A DNA stretch of 64,000 nucleotides from Cyanophora paradoxa CCMP329. Taxonomy: Eukaryota > Plantae > Glaucophyta. How positions within the stretch are numbered: the first letter of the stretch is position 1; the number at the start of each line of letters is the position of its first letter. Of the stretch, positions 21,732-34,953 are shown piece after piece. The notes under the pieces are model-generated. The model was not told the DNA's origin. It worked only from the letters and a program-made list of their open reading frames with translations, and searched no databases. The stretch lies in NCBI GenBank assembly GCA_004431415.1, contig QPMI01000084.1, positions 1 to 64,000 of the forward strand. The letters run 5' to 3'. Made by a program: the position numbers and the translations under genes.

Positions 21732-24150
21732 ATTCTTTTATACTTATACAAGGGCTTGAGCTTCACGTTTATGCATCTCGATCACCCCTTGAGCTTCGTA
21801 TGCCGCAGTGCGTGATTTAGCGCTAGAGTTGCTTTTGTATTTTCATTCCATCCCCTCCCGTAGTGCTACGTTCGATTTGTAGCGACCATCGGGCCCGTGG
21901 CTCTTCTCCCCGCCCCCACCCGTTATTCTGTGTCCTTTTGCTCTTCTCAAACGTATGCTCATTGGTTTTAACAACAATCTTTTCGAGGCGTAGGACTTTT
22001 TTATTCACTTGCAATTCGGTTCGCTAGCTCTTTAAATTTCTGGCCAGCTGCAGAGCTCGAGCCGCAGAGCTCACAGGCTGATTTAATCGAAGCTTCTGCC
22101 AGCTAATCAGCTGCGGAAGTGCAAGTTTATGATGTTATCGATGTCGGCATTAAGCTTGAGCGTGTCTAGATCTGTATTGACAGTATTTCCGATTGAATGG
22201 CTGCACTGCGGCAGGGCTCGCTGAAGAAATTTGGCGGGCGGCCTCGGTGCCTGCGGAACTAAGCTAGAATTCACGTCAAGCATTCCGGCCCAATCCGTCG
22301 TCGTCGCATAATCGAGTATCCAATAGCTCGCGGAGCCCGTCGACGTCATGTCGCATTTTCGCAAAATTCCGAGAAGATACTAAGTTATAACTTATTACTT
22401 ATGACGCATGCGGACACCCGTAAAAAAACTCAGTTCTCACGGAACGGTCGAGCCAAAAATCCTCGGTAGTTTGATTGAGGTCAGAAAACTTACCTTAGGG
22501 TTGTGTTAACGCATATGAGAACACAGTGTGGCATAGTCGACGTCGGAAGTCCGACCGTCGGACGGTCGACGTCCGACGTTGCGACGGGCGACTCCCGGAC
22601 CCGGGAGTCCGTTCAGCGACTCCGGAGTCCGCGTGCGTTAACGTTGCTGCACCGTACTACTTTTAGTACGGTACGCCACCGTACTACGGTACGCGCCGGC
22701 GCGTGGCGCCGCAGTACCGTGGTACTACCGGTAGTACCGACTCCGAACTTAGAGTCCGAAGTTCGAGTCCGAACACGGTCTGCTGCACATGTACGTATAC
22801 AGCGGCACTACAGCCACTGAGCCTGCATGGCAGAGCGTTTGGCCCAGACTCCGCCGCCCAGTGGCCCGGCGGCGGCGGGGCGCCGGCCCGGCGGCCGGCG
22901 CCGGCGCCTCTAATATGGCCCGCTATAGCGCTAGGCTAAATAATACTGTAGAACTAGAAATATTAAGTGGGCTGCATATTTATAGTACTTAAAAAGTTTT
23001 GGGCAATTTCCTAAATATTACACGCCCCCACAGTGCTGGAGTAGACTAGAGGCTGTGGCCGGTAATTCACCAAAAAAAACATTTCGTAAATATTTCTCGT
23101 CTGCTAAAGCCGAGATTTCGCAGGGGTACTCCTTTCTTCGCCATACAAAAGCCCTGCGAAGACCGACCTACCAATAGCTAAAAAAAAGCTTAGGGCCGCG
23201 GGGATGAACCGGCATAAGCGAAGACCGACCTACCAATGCTACCATTGCTACCATTGCCTACCAATAGCTAAAAAAAAGCTTAGGGCCGCGGCCCGCGGGG
23301 CTGAACCGGTATACATGCTAGTACTGGCCGCCGGACCGCGGCCCGGCGGGCCCGCTAGCGCGCGGCCCGGCTGAACCGGTGAAAAGCGGCCGCCGGGCCG
23401 CGGCAAGTTCACTAGCCTAGTACCGTAGCTGGCCCTGCTAGCCTGGCAGTGGCAACTAGTATAAACCAATAGGCTAGCTATTAATTTGCGATCGCGAGGA
23501 CGTCGACGTTCCGGGCAACTTCCGGCCCCATTACACCGAAATCTGACGGACGACTCCGAAAGCTAGCGCCCGATAGGCCAGCTTGACGTCATTGAACGGT
23601 TAGAAAAAAGCGAATTCGACAAGGCAATTTCGAAAGCAACTTCGTCATGATCAGAGATGGTTAATTAGGCCAGCTCCGCGAGGCTCGTCACCTGTTTCTT
23701 ACCGGCAAAGTCCCCCGGCGACTAGTGTAAAACAAATTACAAAGTGGTCCGGTTAGACTCCGGTAAGTATATACGTATATATATATACCGGACCGGCCAA
23801 CGCGCGTTCAAGAATTATTAATTGCTGGCAATCCGATATAGGCCAGCGCTAGCTTGACGACTTCGGAAGCTTTAATATTCGAAAATCGTGAAAATTGTAT
23901 TTTTCTTTCAGTCAAGTGCCAGTTCGACGACTTCGGAAGCATTAATATTCGAAAATCATAACAATTGTTGTGTCAAGTCAAATCAAGTTGACGTGTGTCA
24001 CCGTGTCACCCACACAGTGCCACACGTGGCGTTCGGGCCGCGTTCCTACGCTTAAAAAATGTTCGAAAATAAACCCAAAAAACAAATATCGTAACGGCCA
24101 TTTCGCGAAAGAGTTCGTCGGCGAATCGTCGCAGACCGACTCCTAGCATC

Positions 24151-24754
24151 ATGACCACGTCGGAATTAAGCATGCGAGAACTATTAAAAAAGTACATTTT
24201 CCTTGAAATGCCCATGGCATCTTTGCTACTCGTGCCCGAATCCACGACAGCTTGGAATGTTGGCGACCAAGTCATCCGAACTTTCACTGGCAACACCGCG
24301 CGACATGCTGCAGGAGAGAAATGCACCCAATGCGGATCACAGATCTTTCATAACGTCATTGCAACACAGTGGCCAGAGATCCTTATCATCAATGCCGGAG
24401 ATCGAACAATGCCAAATCGTCTTAAACAACTTCCTCTTCATGTGCAGGTGTGCTCATTTGATTGCCGCAAACATGCTAGACCTTTGACATTTGTTTTGCA
24501 ATAAATAGATACCAGGTTTGCCACCTTACCATCTAGCGGCGATCGCTCTTTTCCCACTTGGACATTTCAATGCATTCGTGATGATGCAGTGCGGCAACAA
24601 TGCTCCTTTTGTGTACCGCTATGACGATATGCGTGATTCCGGAACGGACGGATGCCTCTACCCAGTTGTTCCAACCTTCGCAGCGCTGAATGATTCCTTG
24701 TCGCCTAGCGAATTCAGCAATGTACATTTCCTTTTCTTTGTGCGCCAAGCTTAA
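24151..24754 (+). pseudogene. USP (C19 peptidase)-like C-terminal fragment with one intron (24448-24508)
   Basis: In-frame GT-AG splice joins CTQC..WPEILII..LPLHVQ to IPGLPPYHLAAIALFPLGHFNAFV..YRYDDM (His-box-like). No Cys box seen. Confidence 0.4.
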
Positions 24755-27362
24755 CGACAGCAAGCTCGATTCGTACGATTTTTTAACTTACTCTAAGCTC
24801 GACTTTCAAAGCTTTCTTAGGCTTACTGTCTGTTGCTCGATCGCTCAAGCAGTGTGTCCTGATTTCGGCTCCATTTTAAATTTAGTCTGATCCTCCACTT
24901 CCAAAGCTTATCTCGAATTTTCGCTGTATGCCATCTTATAAAATAAGTGACTTGCACATTCACTTCTGCCTGCTCTTTTAATAATGCCGTCAATAGGTGG
25001 GGGGGTGCGGGGGGGCTTGCCCCCCTGCTTGTTGAAATAGACGAGAGGAGGAAAGGAAAAAGAGAGGGCATATGCATAAACCGTAGAGCCGTAGTACCGT
25101 AGTACATGCGCAGGAGGTCAAGAGGAGGGAGCTAGAGGGTCGAGAACGGCTTGCAATTGAAAACTCGATCATCCGACTCGATCGCGATCGTGAGCTCGTT
25201 GAGTGGCAGAGAGGAGAGGAAGAGAGGAATTCGAAGTGAAGCTCGGTCGAATATTGATTCGAACAGCAGCAAGCCGCGGCCGGCACAGCGACCGCGCACG
25301 GAGGTCCGAGCCTCTCAGGTCCGAGTCTGCATGCAGCTGCGCATGCTCGGGCGACATCGATCGATATCATAGCATTCTCGTCATTCCCTTGATATTCTCG
25401 ACATTCTCCAGAAGCCCGCGCCGCGTCGGCGCCTCTAGCTCGCGATTGGCTCACATCGCGCTTCTGCAGCTTTTTGAGGAAATCCGGAGCACGCGTGCGA
25501 CGTAAATAAGGTGCGAAGTCGACTGCACATTCATCTTAAGCTTGCATATATATGGAATGGACGCACGCGGGCAAGGAACGCGTGCGGAATAATAATAGAA
25601 GCGGGCAATGGGACCCGGAAATTCGAACGTGCTGCGCGCAGCACAAGCGATATCGATATATATCGGCGAATGTCGACGCCGTCTCAAGGCGATTTCGGGG
25701 ACGCGAGTTCGAAGTCGGCGCCGGTTGCAGCTGCCTCATCCGTGATGGTCGCCCGGGCGCCGTCTCTCGGGGCGAGCGGCGCGGCCGGCGCCGGCGCCGG
25801 CACGCGCGCTCCGTCCTGGAACACGCGCAACCAGAACCCCCCCTGAGCTCTTCTGCTCCCGCCGGCGCCCCTGGCGCCGTCCTCGTCAAGCTCGTTCAGA
25901 TTTGCATCTGCAGCCCAGGAGGTGCCCTTCTTCGATCTCTGTTACGCATCAAATGTTCTCTAGTTTTACGATTTATCGATACCATGATCACAATCATAAT
26001 ACGGATCCATCGGCATGGACAGATATCGATGGATCCGGATGTCGCCCGGTCTCCACCAGTATTGTCCGGATCCTCGAGCTCTTCGAGACCTGCTTCTGCA
26101 TCTGCGCATGCAGTACAGGCGGTGCCCGGCCCTTTGTCTTCTCTATTAATGTATTGTTGGCTCTAGAGACAACTTGCAATTTCGATCGATTCGAGCGGGA
26201 AGCGCAGCCGCCGTGCACGTTGGCGCCGCCGCGGACCTCGAACGCGAGCAGCCCCATGGCCACGGCCAGCAGATCTGCAGCTGCAGCTGGGCCCGCTGAT
26301 AATCTAGATCCCTCCGTCACGTCCACGCCGATGCGACCTTCTGCGCTTTCGCATGTGGCTCCCACTTCAAGCAAGGTGGTGAGGGTCGCCGCTCGGCCCG
26401 CGGCCGCTTCAGTTGCAGCAGCGGGGTCGTCGACGTCGTCATCGCAGTCCTCTGCGCGAATGGCCAGTCCGGTTCGCCATCGACCGCGATGTTTGCTCAT
26501 GGATTTAATTTAAATTTAATTTGCGATCGTTTCGATTCGCAGGTGAAGGCCAAGCACTGGATGATGAAGGCCGCGAATGTCAGGCGCAGGCGCGACCCAG
26601 AAGATGCCATGGGAATTTCAGAACGACCGAATGGGTACCAAGGCCGCTTTTCCTGGCGGGGGGTTGAGGTGCGAGGCATTTGTTCTCTGGCATGCCGTAA
26701 GCCTTGCCGCGTCTCTTATACTATGTTAAAAAAATTGTAAGATTTATAGCCACTATGCTTTGTAAGATTTAAACTTGAACGCGATGATCATGACGAGTTC
26801 TGCGCAGATTGCGACGACATGTCGTCCCACAAGAGAGGCAACCGCAGTCTCGATGAAATCAAATTAATTGAATATTAATATCCTTCGGGTGACGATCATG
26901 ATCCCATCGGGCCGCAGGAGGCCATCAAGATTCGGGATCGTCTCATAATGATCTGCGCTTTCCTCGACGAGAAGGCCGGCTGGCAGCCGCCCCTGCGCGA
27001 CGAAGTGCTGATGAACAACCTTCCTTCGGGTATGTGACACATATAAAAACAAATATTATTATCCCTCGCGTTCCGCTCAGGATAATAATATTTGTTTTTA
27101 TATGTGTGTTACTATAAGTTATATAAAGATATTAGCATTTTTATCATAGTGTATATCGATATGTGATATGTATTCTATCGGTAGTTCGTAAATGAATCAA
27201 TAAAAATAATATAAGTATCGTGGAATCTTTGTAAAATATGTATATATAATATGTAATCGCGATATAGCCGATATGTGTTTACGATGCGCGATGTGTATCT
27301 AAAACAACTACAATGTGCTGCTTGGGACGCGCCTCATATAGTCATGTGTATCACCTACGTAG

Positions 27363-28380
27363 CTTCGATAGGGTGGGCGGGTGGGGTGAGGTGGGGCATT
27401 TTTTTGAATTCCCTAAAATGTTTCACTCCCAAAAATTCTTGGTCAAAAAAGACCCCACCCAACCCCACTTACCCCACCCTGTATTATTCTCTTTATCTAT
27501 GATTGATTTCAATGTAATTTAAATATAAATATGTATGATTGAGTATGTTAAATTAATACTGGGTGGGGTGTGAGGGTGGGGTGTGAGTGGTATCGGTATG
27601 GTAGTCCAATCTAAGATGGCACACATAAAATCATGATGTGTTATTTTTACTTCCGGTTTGATACTTATCGGACTTCGATAACTTCGATAGGGTGGGGCGG
27701 GTGGGGTGAGGTGGGGCATTTTTTTGAATTCCCTAAAATAATTCCCCTCAAAAATTCTTGGTCAAAAAAGACCCCACCCAACCCCACTTACCCCACCCTG
27801 TATCTTTTATTATATTTATGATTGATTTCAATGTAATTAATGTATAAAGTATAGAGATTATGTATGTTAAATTAATACCGGGTGGGGTGTGAGGGTGGGG
27901 TGTGAAAGTGGTATCAGCCAACCATTTAATAATTACGATATTGAACCGACGTGATACCGACGAGATATGATATATTCAGATCGTATTAGAACGGCGCGAT
28001 CACTAAGAAAAACAAGTATCATGTGCTGTATATTTCGCGATCCCTGAATCGCGAATCGATAGGGTGGGGTGAGAAAGTGGGGCACCACCCTCACTGTATA
28101 CACTGTGATATGATCGCAATCCCGATGTAGCCTACTATGATATCGTGCGGACTTCGATAGGGTGGGGTAAGTGGGTGAGGTGGGGCATTTTTTTGAATCC
28201 CTTAAATTTTTGGGGGTCAAATATTTTTGGGCAAAAAAGACCCCACCCAACCCACCCTCCCACCCTGTATTACTTATCGATACACCTCACTTATTTCAAT
28301 GTATAAACTCTATTAAATTAGATAGTAAATATGTATAGAAATAACGAGATTGTAGTATAGGGTGGGGTGTAGGGTGGGGC
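27363..28380 (+). repeat. Three G-tract/C-tract inverted-repeat modules (repeated again at ~30906-31927)
   Basis: CTTCGATAGGGTGGG(G)CGGGTGGGGTGAGGTGGGGCATTTTTT...AAAAAAGACCCCACCCAACCCCAC..CCCCACCCTGTAT at ~27363, ~27682 and ~28152. Confidence 0.9.
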
Positions 28381-28796
28381 AAAATGCAAACTGAATCAGT
28401 GCGATATAATTTAGTGAACACAAAGTGGATATGAAGTGGATACGAAGTGGATACGAAGGGATAAGTGCGCCCCGCCCACTATGCAAGATACATGCAAACT
28501 ACATGCGAGTTCTATGAAAACAATAACGATTTAGTCATGTATATATTTCGTATATATGTCCGCACCTCCGTGTGTGTGATCCCGCACAACTTTGCTTTTT
28601 TGTGTTTTTTTTGTTTTTTTTCGCATATCACGACATATACATATATACACCGGCGTCACCGACATATTCGGGGTCATCACATCGCGGCGATTCCGAAAAC
28701 ATATAGCATGCGATAGCGTAGTATTTTTACGTTGTCTGATCGTAATGTGATAAATTAGCTGTTATGGCTGATCGTAATGTGATAAGAGATCATCGA

Positions 28797-29099
28797 TAGT
28801 AGGCTGACAGTAGGCTGAGAGTAGGCTGATAGTAGGCTGACAGTAGACTGACAGTAGGCTGACAGGGTGATAGTATAGGCTGACAGGGTGATAGTATAGG
28901 CTGACAGGGTGATAGTATAGGCTGACAGGCTGATAGTATAGGCTGACAGGCTGATAGTATAGGCTGACAGGCTGATAGTATAGGCTGACAGGGTGATAGT
29001 ATCGGCTGATAGTATAGGCTGACAGGATCAGGATTGGCTGATGACAGGCTGACAGGATCGGGATTGGCTGAGGACAGGCTGACAGGATCAGGATTGGCT
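28797..29099 (+). repeat. Compound minisatellite built on AGGCTGAC (11-, 21- and 30-bp units); duplicate at ~32344-32646
   Basis: AGTAGGCTGAC, AGGGTGATAGTATAGGCTGAC and AGGATCAGGATTGGCTGA.GACAGGCTGAC units. Confidence 0.9.
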
Positions 29100-29488
29100 A
29101 TAATAAAGCGTGCTCAGGTTACGGTGTCCAATCAAAAACGCACACAATTCAATCGGCGAAAGGGGGCATACGGGAAAAGCGAAAGGGGGATACCAAAACA
29201 CCGATTTTCGATGGAAATCGTCAAACGCTTGTATCTCATCACCAGCTCATCACCCTGCAAAACTGAAAATAGCGCCGTGACCGTCTTAACGAGGCTAGCA
29301 CGTCCATATAAGTTTCATAGGCTCAAAAAATAATGTGTAAAATGCATAGTTTTTAAAAATGCGATCGCGGGGCTCTAAGCCTCTGACTCCCAGTGACTCG
29401 GTGAGCCGCTGAGCCAACTCGGCGGTCGGCGGTAGCCTATACTATCATAGTATGACACTTGCCAGTTGCATTTTAAGTTGCAAAGTTG

Positions 29489-29530
29489 GAGTCCCGAGTC
29501 CCGAGCCCCGAGTCCCGAGTCCCGAGTCCC
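29489..29530 (-). repeat. (GGGACTC)6 heptamer array (duplicate at 33036-33077)
   Basis: GAGTCCC x6, one variant copy. Confidence 0.9.
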
Positions 29531-29664
29531 GACTCGATAACACCGGCGATCGCGACTTCGCGGAGACCCCCCCTTCCGTTTTCCCCGCATAACTTTGGAC
29601 AGGAAGCCGATCTCGGCGCGCTCTCAATTGCTACGTGCTCACAACTTGATTCCGGGCAACTTGA

Positions 29665-32600
29665 TGCCCGGCCCTTTGTCTTCTCTATTAATGTATTGTT
29701 GGCTCTAGAGACAACTTGCAATTTCGATCGATTCGAGCGGGAAGCGCAGCCGCCGTGCACGTTGGCGCCGCCGCGGACCTCGAACGCGAGCAGCCCCATG
29801 GCCACGGCCAGCAGATCTGCAGCTGCAGCTGGGCCCGCTGATAATCTAGATCCCTCCGTCACGTCCACGCCGATGCGACCTTCTGCGCTTTCGCATGTGG
29901 CTCCCACTTCAAGCAAGGTGGTGAGGGTCGCCGCTCGGCCCGCGGCCGCTTCAGTTGCAGCAGCGGGGTCGTCGACGTCGTCATCGCAGTCCTCTGCGCG
30001 AATGGCCAGTCCGGTTCGCCATCGACCGCGATGTTTGCTCATGGATTTAATTTAAATTTAATTTGCGATCGTTTCGATTCGCAGGTGAAGGCCAAGCACT
30101 GGATGATGAAGGCCGCGAATGTCAGGCGCAGGCGCGACCCAGAAGATGCCATGGGAATTTCAGAACGACCGAATGGGTACCAAGGCCGCTTTTCCTGGCG
30201 GGGGGTTGAGGTGCGAGGCATTTGTTCTCTGGCATGCCGTAAGCCTTGCCGCGTCTCTTATACTATGTTAAAAAAATTGTAAGATTTATAGCCACTATGC
30301 TTTGTAAGATTTAAACTTGAACGCGATGATCATGACGAGTTCTGCGCAGATTGCGACGACATGTCGTCCCACAAGAGAGGCAACCGCAGTCTCGATGAAA
30401 TCAAATTAATTGAATATTAATATCCTTCGGGTGACGATCATGATCCCATCGGGCCGCAGGAGGCCATCAAGATTCGGGATCGTCTCATAATGATCTGCGC
30501 TTTCCTCGACGAGAAGGCCGGCTGGCAGCCGCCCCTGCGCGACGAAGTGCTGATGAACAACCTTCCTTCGGGTATGTAACACATATAAAAACAAATATTA
30601 TTATCCCTCGCGTTCCGCTCAGGATAATAATATTTGTTTTTATATGTGTGTTACTATAAGTTATATATAAAGATATTAGCATTTTTATCATAGTGTATAT
30701 CGATATGTGATATGTATTCTATCGGTAGTTCGTAAATGAATCAATAAAAATAATATAAGTATCGTGGAATCTTTGTAAAATATGTATATATAATATGTAA
30801 TCGCGATATAGCCGATATGTGTTTACGATGCGCGATGTGTATCTAAAACAACTACAATGTGCTGCTTGGGACGCGCCTCATATAGTCATGTGTATCACCT
30901 ACGTAGCTTCGATAGGGTGGGGCGGGTGGGGTGAGGTGGGGCATTTTTTTGAATTCCCTAAAATGTTTCACTCCCAAAAATTCTTGGTCAAAAAAGACCC
31001 CACCCAACCCCACTTACCCACCCTGTATTATTCTCTTTATCTATGATTGATTTCAATGTAATTTAAATATAAATATGTATGATTGAGTATGTTAAATTAA
31101 TACTGGGTGGGGTGTGAGGGTGGGGTGTGAGTGGTATCGGTATGGTAGTCCAATCTAAGATGGCACACATAAAATCATGATGTGTTATTTTTACTTCCGG
31201 TTTGATACTTATCGGACTTCGATAACTTCGATAGGTGGGGGCGGGTGGGGTGAGGTGGGGCATTTTTTTGAATTCCCTAAAATAATTCCCCCTCAAAAAT
31301 TCTTGGTCAAAAAAGACCCCACCCAACCCCACTTACCCCACCCTGTATCTTTTATTATATTTATGATTGATTTCAATGTAATTAATGTATAAAGTATAGA
31401 GATTATGTATGTTAAATTAATACCGGGTGGGGTGTGAGGGTGGGGTGTGAAAGTGGTATCAGCCAACCATTTAATAATTACGATATTGAACCGACGTGAT
31501 ACCGACGAGATATGATATATTCAGATCGTATTAGAACGGCGCGATCACTAAGAAAAACAAGTATCATGTGCTGTATATTTCGCGATCCCTGAATCGCGAA
31601 TCGATAGGGTGGGTGAGAAAGTGGGGCACCACCCTCACTGTATACACTGTGATATGATCGCAATCCCGATGTAGCCTACTATGATATCGTGCGGACTTCG
31701 ATAGGGTGGGGTAAGTGGGGTGAGGTGGGGCATTTTTTTGAATCCCTTAAATTTTTGGGGGTCAAATATTTTTGGGCAAAAAAGACCCCACCCAACCCCA
31801 CCCTCCCCACCCTGTATTACTTATCGATACACCTCACTTATTTCAATGTATAAACTCTATTAAATTAGATAGTAAATATGTATAGAAATAACGAGATTGT
31901 AGTATAGGGTGGGGTGTAGGGTGGGGGCAAAATGCAAACTGAATCAGTGCGATATAATTTAGTGAACACAAAGTGGATATGAAGTGGATACGAAGTGGAT
32001 ACGAAGGGGATAAGTGCGCCCCGCCCACTATGCAAGATACATGCAAACTACATGCGAGTTCTATGAAAACAATAACGATTTAGTCATGTATATATTTCGT
32101 ATATATGTCCGCACCTCCGTGTGTGTGATCCCGCACAACTTTGCTTTTTTGTGTTTTTTTGTTTTTTTTCGCATATCACGACATATACATATATACACCG
32201 GCGTCACCGACATATTCGGGGTCATCACATCGCGGCGATTCCGAAACATATAGCATGCGATAGCGTAGTATTTTTACGTTGTCTGATCGTAATGTGATAA
32301 ATTAGCTGTTATGGCTGATCGTAATGTGATAAGAGATCATCGATAGTAGGCTGACAGTAGGCTGAGAGTAGGCTGATAGTAGGCTGACAGTAGACTGACA
32401 GTAGGCTGACAGGGTGATAGTATAGGCTGACAGGGTGATAGTATAGGCTGACAGGGTGATAGTATAGGCTGACAGGCTGATAGTATAGGCTGACAGGCTG
32501 ATAGTATAGGCTGACAGGCTGATAGTATAGGCTGACAGGGTGATAGTATCGGCTGATAGTATAGGCTGACAGGATCAGGATTGGCTGATGACAGGCTGAC

Positions 32601-33205
32601 AGGATCGGGATTGGCTGAGGACAGGCTGACAGGATCAGGATTGGCTATAATAAAGCGTGCTCAGGTTACGGTGTCCAATCAAAAACGCACACAATTCAAT
32701 CGGCGAAAGGGGGCATACGGGAAAAGCGAAAGGGGGATACCAAAACACCGATTTTCGATGGAAATCGTCAAACGCTTGTATCTCATCACCAGCTCATCAC
32801 CCTGCAAAACTGAAAATAGCGCCGTGACCGTCTTAACGAGGCTAGCACGTCCATATAAGTTTCATAGGCTCAAAAAATAATGTGTAAAATGCATAGTTTT
32901 TAAAAATGCGATCGCGGGGCTCTAAGCCTCTGACTCCCAGTGACTCGGTGAGCCGCTGAGCCAACTCGGCGGTCGGCGGTAGCCTATACTATCATAGTAT
33001 GACACTTGCCAGTTGCATTTTAAGTTGCAAAGTTGGAGTCCCGAGTCCCGAGCCCCGAGTCCCGAGTCCCGAGTCCCGACTCGATAACACCGGCGATCGC
33101 GACTTCGCGGAGACCCCCCCTTCCGTTTTCCCCGCATAACTTTGGACAGGAAGCCGATCTCGGCGCGCTCTCAATTGCTACGTGCTCACAACTTGATTCC
33201 GGGCA
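29665..33205 (+). repeat. Tandem segmental duplication, copy 2
   Basis: Offset 3542-3547 bp from copy 1. Confidence 0.95.
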
Positions 33206-33447
33206 TGTTGGTGCTAGTTTGACTAGCTAACTCAACCGTGGCAAGAAGTGCAAATTCGCCATAGGCACAAGTGCCCGAAAATCGAGGTGTCCGCTACATT
33301 CTGAGAGCCGGCGCGCGTTCCCATGAGGCTCCACTAGTCATACTTTGCAACCGTGCGCGTATAGAGTAGTTCTACGCTACTACAAAGCGGCGCGGTCTGA
33401 TTCGCAAAGGGCGCGATTTGGCGGCTACGAAAGCACCGCGGCGCCTA

Positions 33448-34890
33448 CTACTTTCGTGGTCTCAAAGTCGCTTTTCGATCGCCATTAGCTACCGGCGCTA
33501 CCGTTGCTACTTTTCTACTACTTCTTAATGTAGCTTTGGTTTCCGGCGCTTTATAGCTCTCAGTTTGATTAGAGAACGACTTATACCATCGTTGGCTATT
33601 CACGCCGCCGGATAGCTTAGGCTCGGCGGCTGTTACTAGCCGCTGTAATTCTTTATTTACGCGTTTCTCTTTTTGCACGCGATCTTCTAATAGAGTGCCT
33701 TGCGGCACAGTCGCGGCGGCTTCTATGCCCTCTCTACGCAATTGCGCATCGACGCGCGCCTCGTCCTTTGCCGCTTCTAATGCGTCTACTGTGGGCGCGA
33801 TTAGGTAATCCACAGCTTGGACTGGGAATAGCTCGTGAAATGCAAAGCGACCCTCTACGCGATTGCCGTCCGGATCAGTTAGCATAAACTTATAGCCCTC
33901 GCGCCCGGCGACAGTATAGACGATCCGGCTCCAATTGTTACCGCCCTTAGCGAATGGCGTCTTCTCGATCCGTAGCCTTACTGACATGCCCGGCTGAATC
34001 TGATCCAAATAAGCTATCGATTTCTTGAATTTCGCATCTTCTTTTTGCACTATAAGCTTATAGTGACTCTCGTTGGTCTCGGCAGGCATATAGCCGGTCG
34101 CAGAGTGCACCGTATTATTATAATTATATTCCAGCTCGGGCAGGACATCTATAAATCGAGCCGTATTATTCGCGATGCAGTAGCTCGTGATCAGCCGCCG
34201 CATTTGCTTGTTAAATGCTTCTATGCGCCCTTGCGCGCGATGGTCGGCTGTGTCCGCAATCTGATGCTCGATAAACTGATTCTCGAAATATTCTCTTAAC
34301 AGGCTATTAGTGAATTCTGAGCCGCGGTCGCTTTGAATCTTAAAAATTGGTCTCGGCGCCTTATTTTGCAGCTGTATAAAGGCGGCTAAGGTCGACGCCG
34401 CGGACTTATCCCGCATCGGTATAATATATCCGACGCGCAACGTGTTCTCCATCCCTGTTAAAAATGCTTGGTAGCCGTCGTTATACTTAGCATACGCCGG
34501 AAAGAATAGCAGATCAATTACGTAGGTATCGAGAGGCTGTCGGATCGGTATAGCAGGGTCTCGTTTGCGGGATAGGTGCGGCGCATTAATCTGAACGACC
34601 TCTTGCCGGCTATACCACTCTTGCAATTTCTTATAATTCTCATCGGGCAGCTCTTGCCGTAGCTTAGTGATCCCTTTGAAACCGGTTTGCGGATCGTAGA
34701 ATTTACGCGCGATTTTCGATTGCTCCGGGACAGCAAGGGCTACGGGCACGTCGCGGGGCACCAAAGCCTTTAAATCAGACCGCTTTACTATGCGGCTCTC
34801 TTTATTCTCTTTCGGCACGGGGATCGGCAATGTGCTCCCCTCTAAATCTTGCGATCGTCTTACTATTGGCGGTCTTGACATCCTTGTCAT
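33448..34890 (-). CDS. Retroviral-type (rve) DDE integrase
   Basis: FYDPQTGFKG, YVIDLL, QSDRGSEF, QGRIEAFNKQMR, YNNTVHSATGYMP, FAKG..NWS. Confidence 0.9.
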   Translation of the reverse strand: MTRMSRPPIVRRSQDLEGSTLPIPVPKENKESRIVKRSDLKALVPRDVPVALAVPEQSKIARKFYDPQTGFKGITKLRQELPDENYKKLQEWYSRQEVVQINAPHLSRKRDPAIPIRQPLDTYVIDLLFFPAYAKYNDGYQAFLTGMENTLRVGYIIPMRDKSAASTLAAFIQLQNKAPRPIFKIQSDRGSEFTNSLLREYFENQFIEHQIADTADHRAQGRIEAFNKQMRRLITSYCIANNTARFIDVLPELEYNYNNTVHSATGYMPAETNESHYKLIVQKEDAKFKKSIAYLDQIQPGMSVRLRIEKTPFAKGGNNWSRIVYTVAGREGYKFMLTDPDGNRVEGRFAFHELFPVQAVDYLIAPTVDALEAAKDEARVDAQLRREGIEAAATVPQGTLLEDRVQKEKRVNKELQRLVTAAEPKLSGGVNSQRWYKSFSNQTESYKAPETKATLRSSRKVATVAPVANGDRKATLRPRK

Positions 34891-34953
34891 CAGACAATAA
34901 AAAAGATCAATGTAACATTTTACATGCACGAGGCAATAGAAGGTTTTGTTTGT

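Larger units (their letters stand above)
26123..29658 (+). repeat. Tandem segmental duplication, copy 1 (~3.54 kb)
   Basis: Near-identical to 29665-33205; differences are mostly homopolymer lengths. Confidence 0.95.

Noticed and set aside
22530-23460. Dense short palindromes and small direct repeats
   Set aside because: Low-complexity degraded repeat DNA with no definable unit or boundaries.
22522-24020. CACAGTG heptamers suggesting RSS/Transib ends
   Set aside because: No nonamer at 12/23 spacing where checked (23029), no matching inverted partner and no transposase.
24997-25030. GGGGGGC-TT-GCCCCCC hairpin as a Helitron or element end
   Set aside because: No adjacent CTRR end or matching element boundary could be identified.
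27363-28380. CRISPR-like array of repeats with spacers
   Set aside because: Units are >100 bp, the spacers resemble each other, there are no cas genes and the context is eukaryotic.
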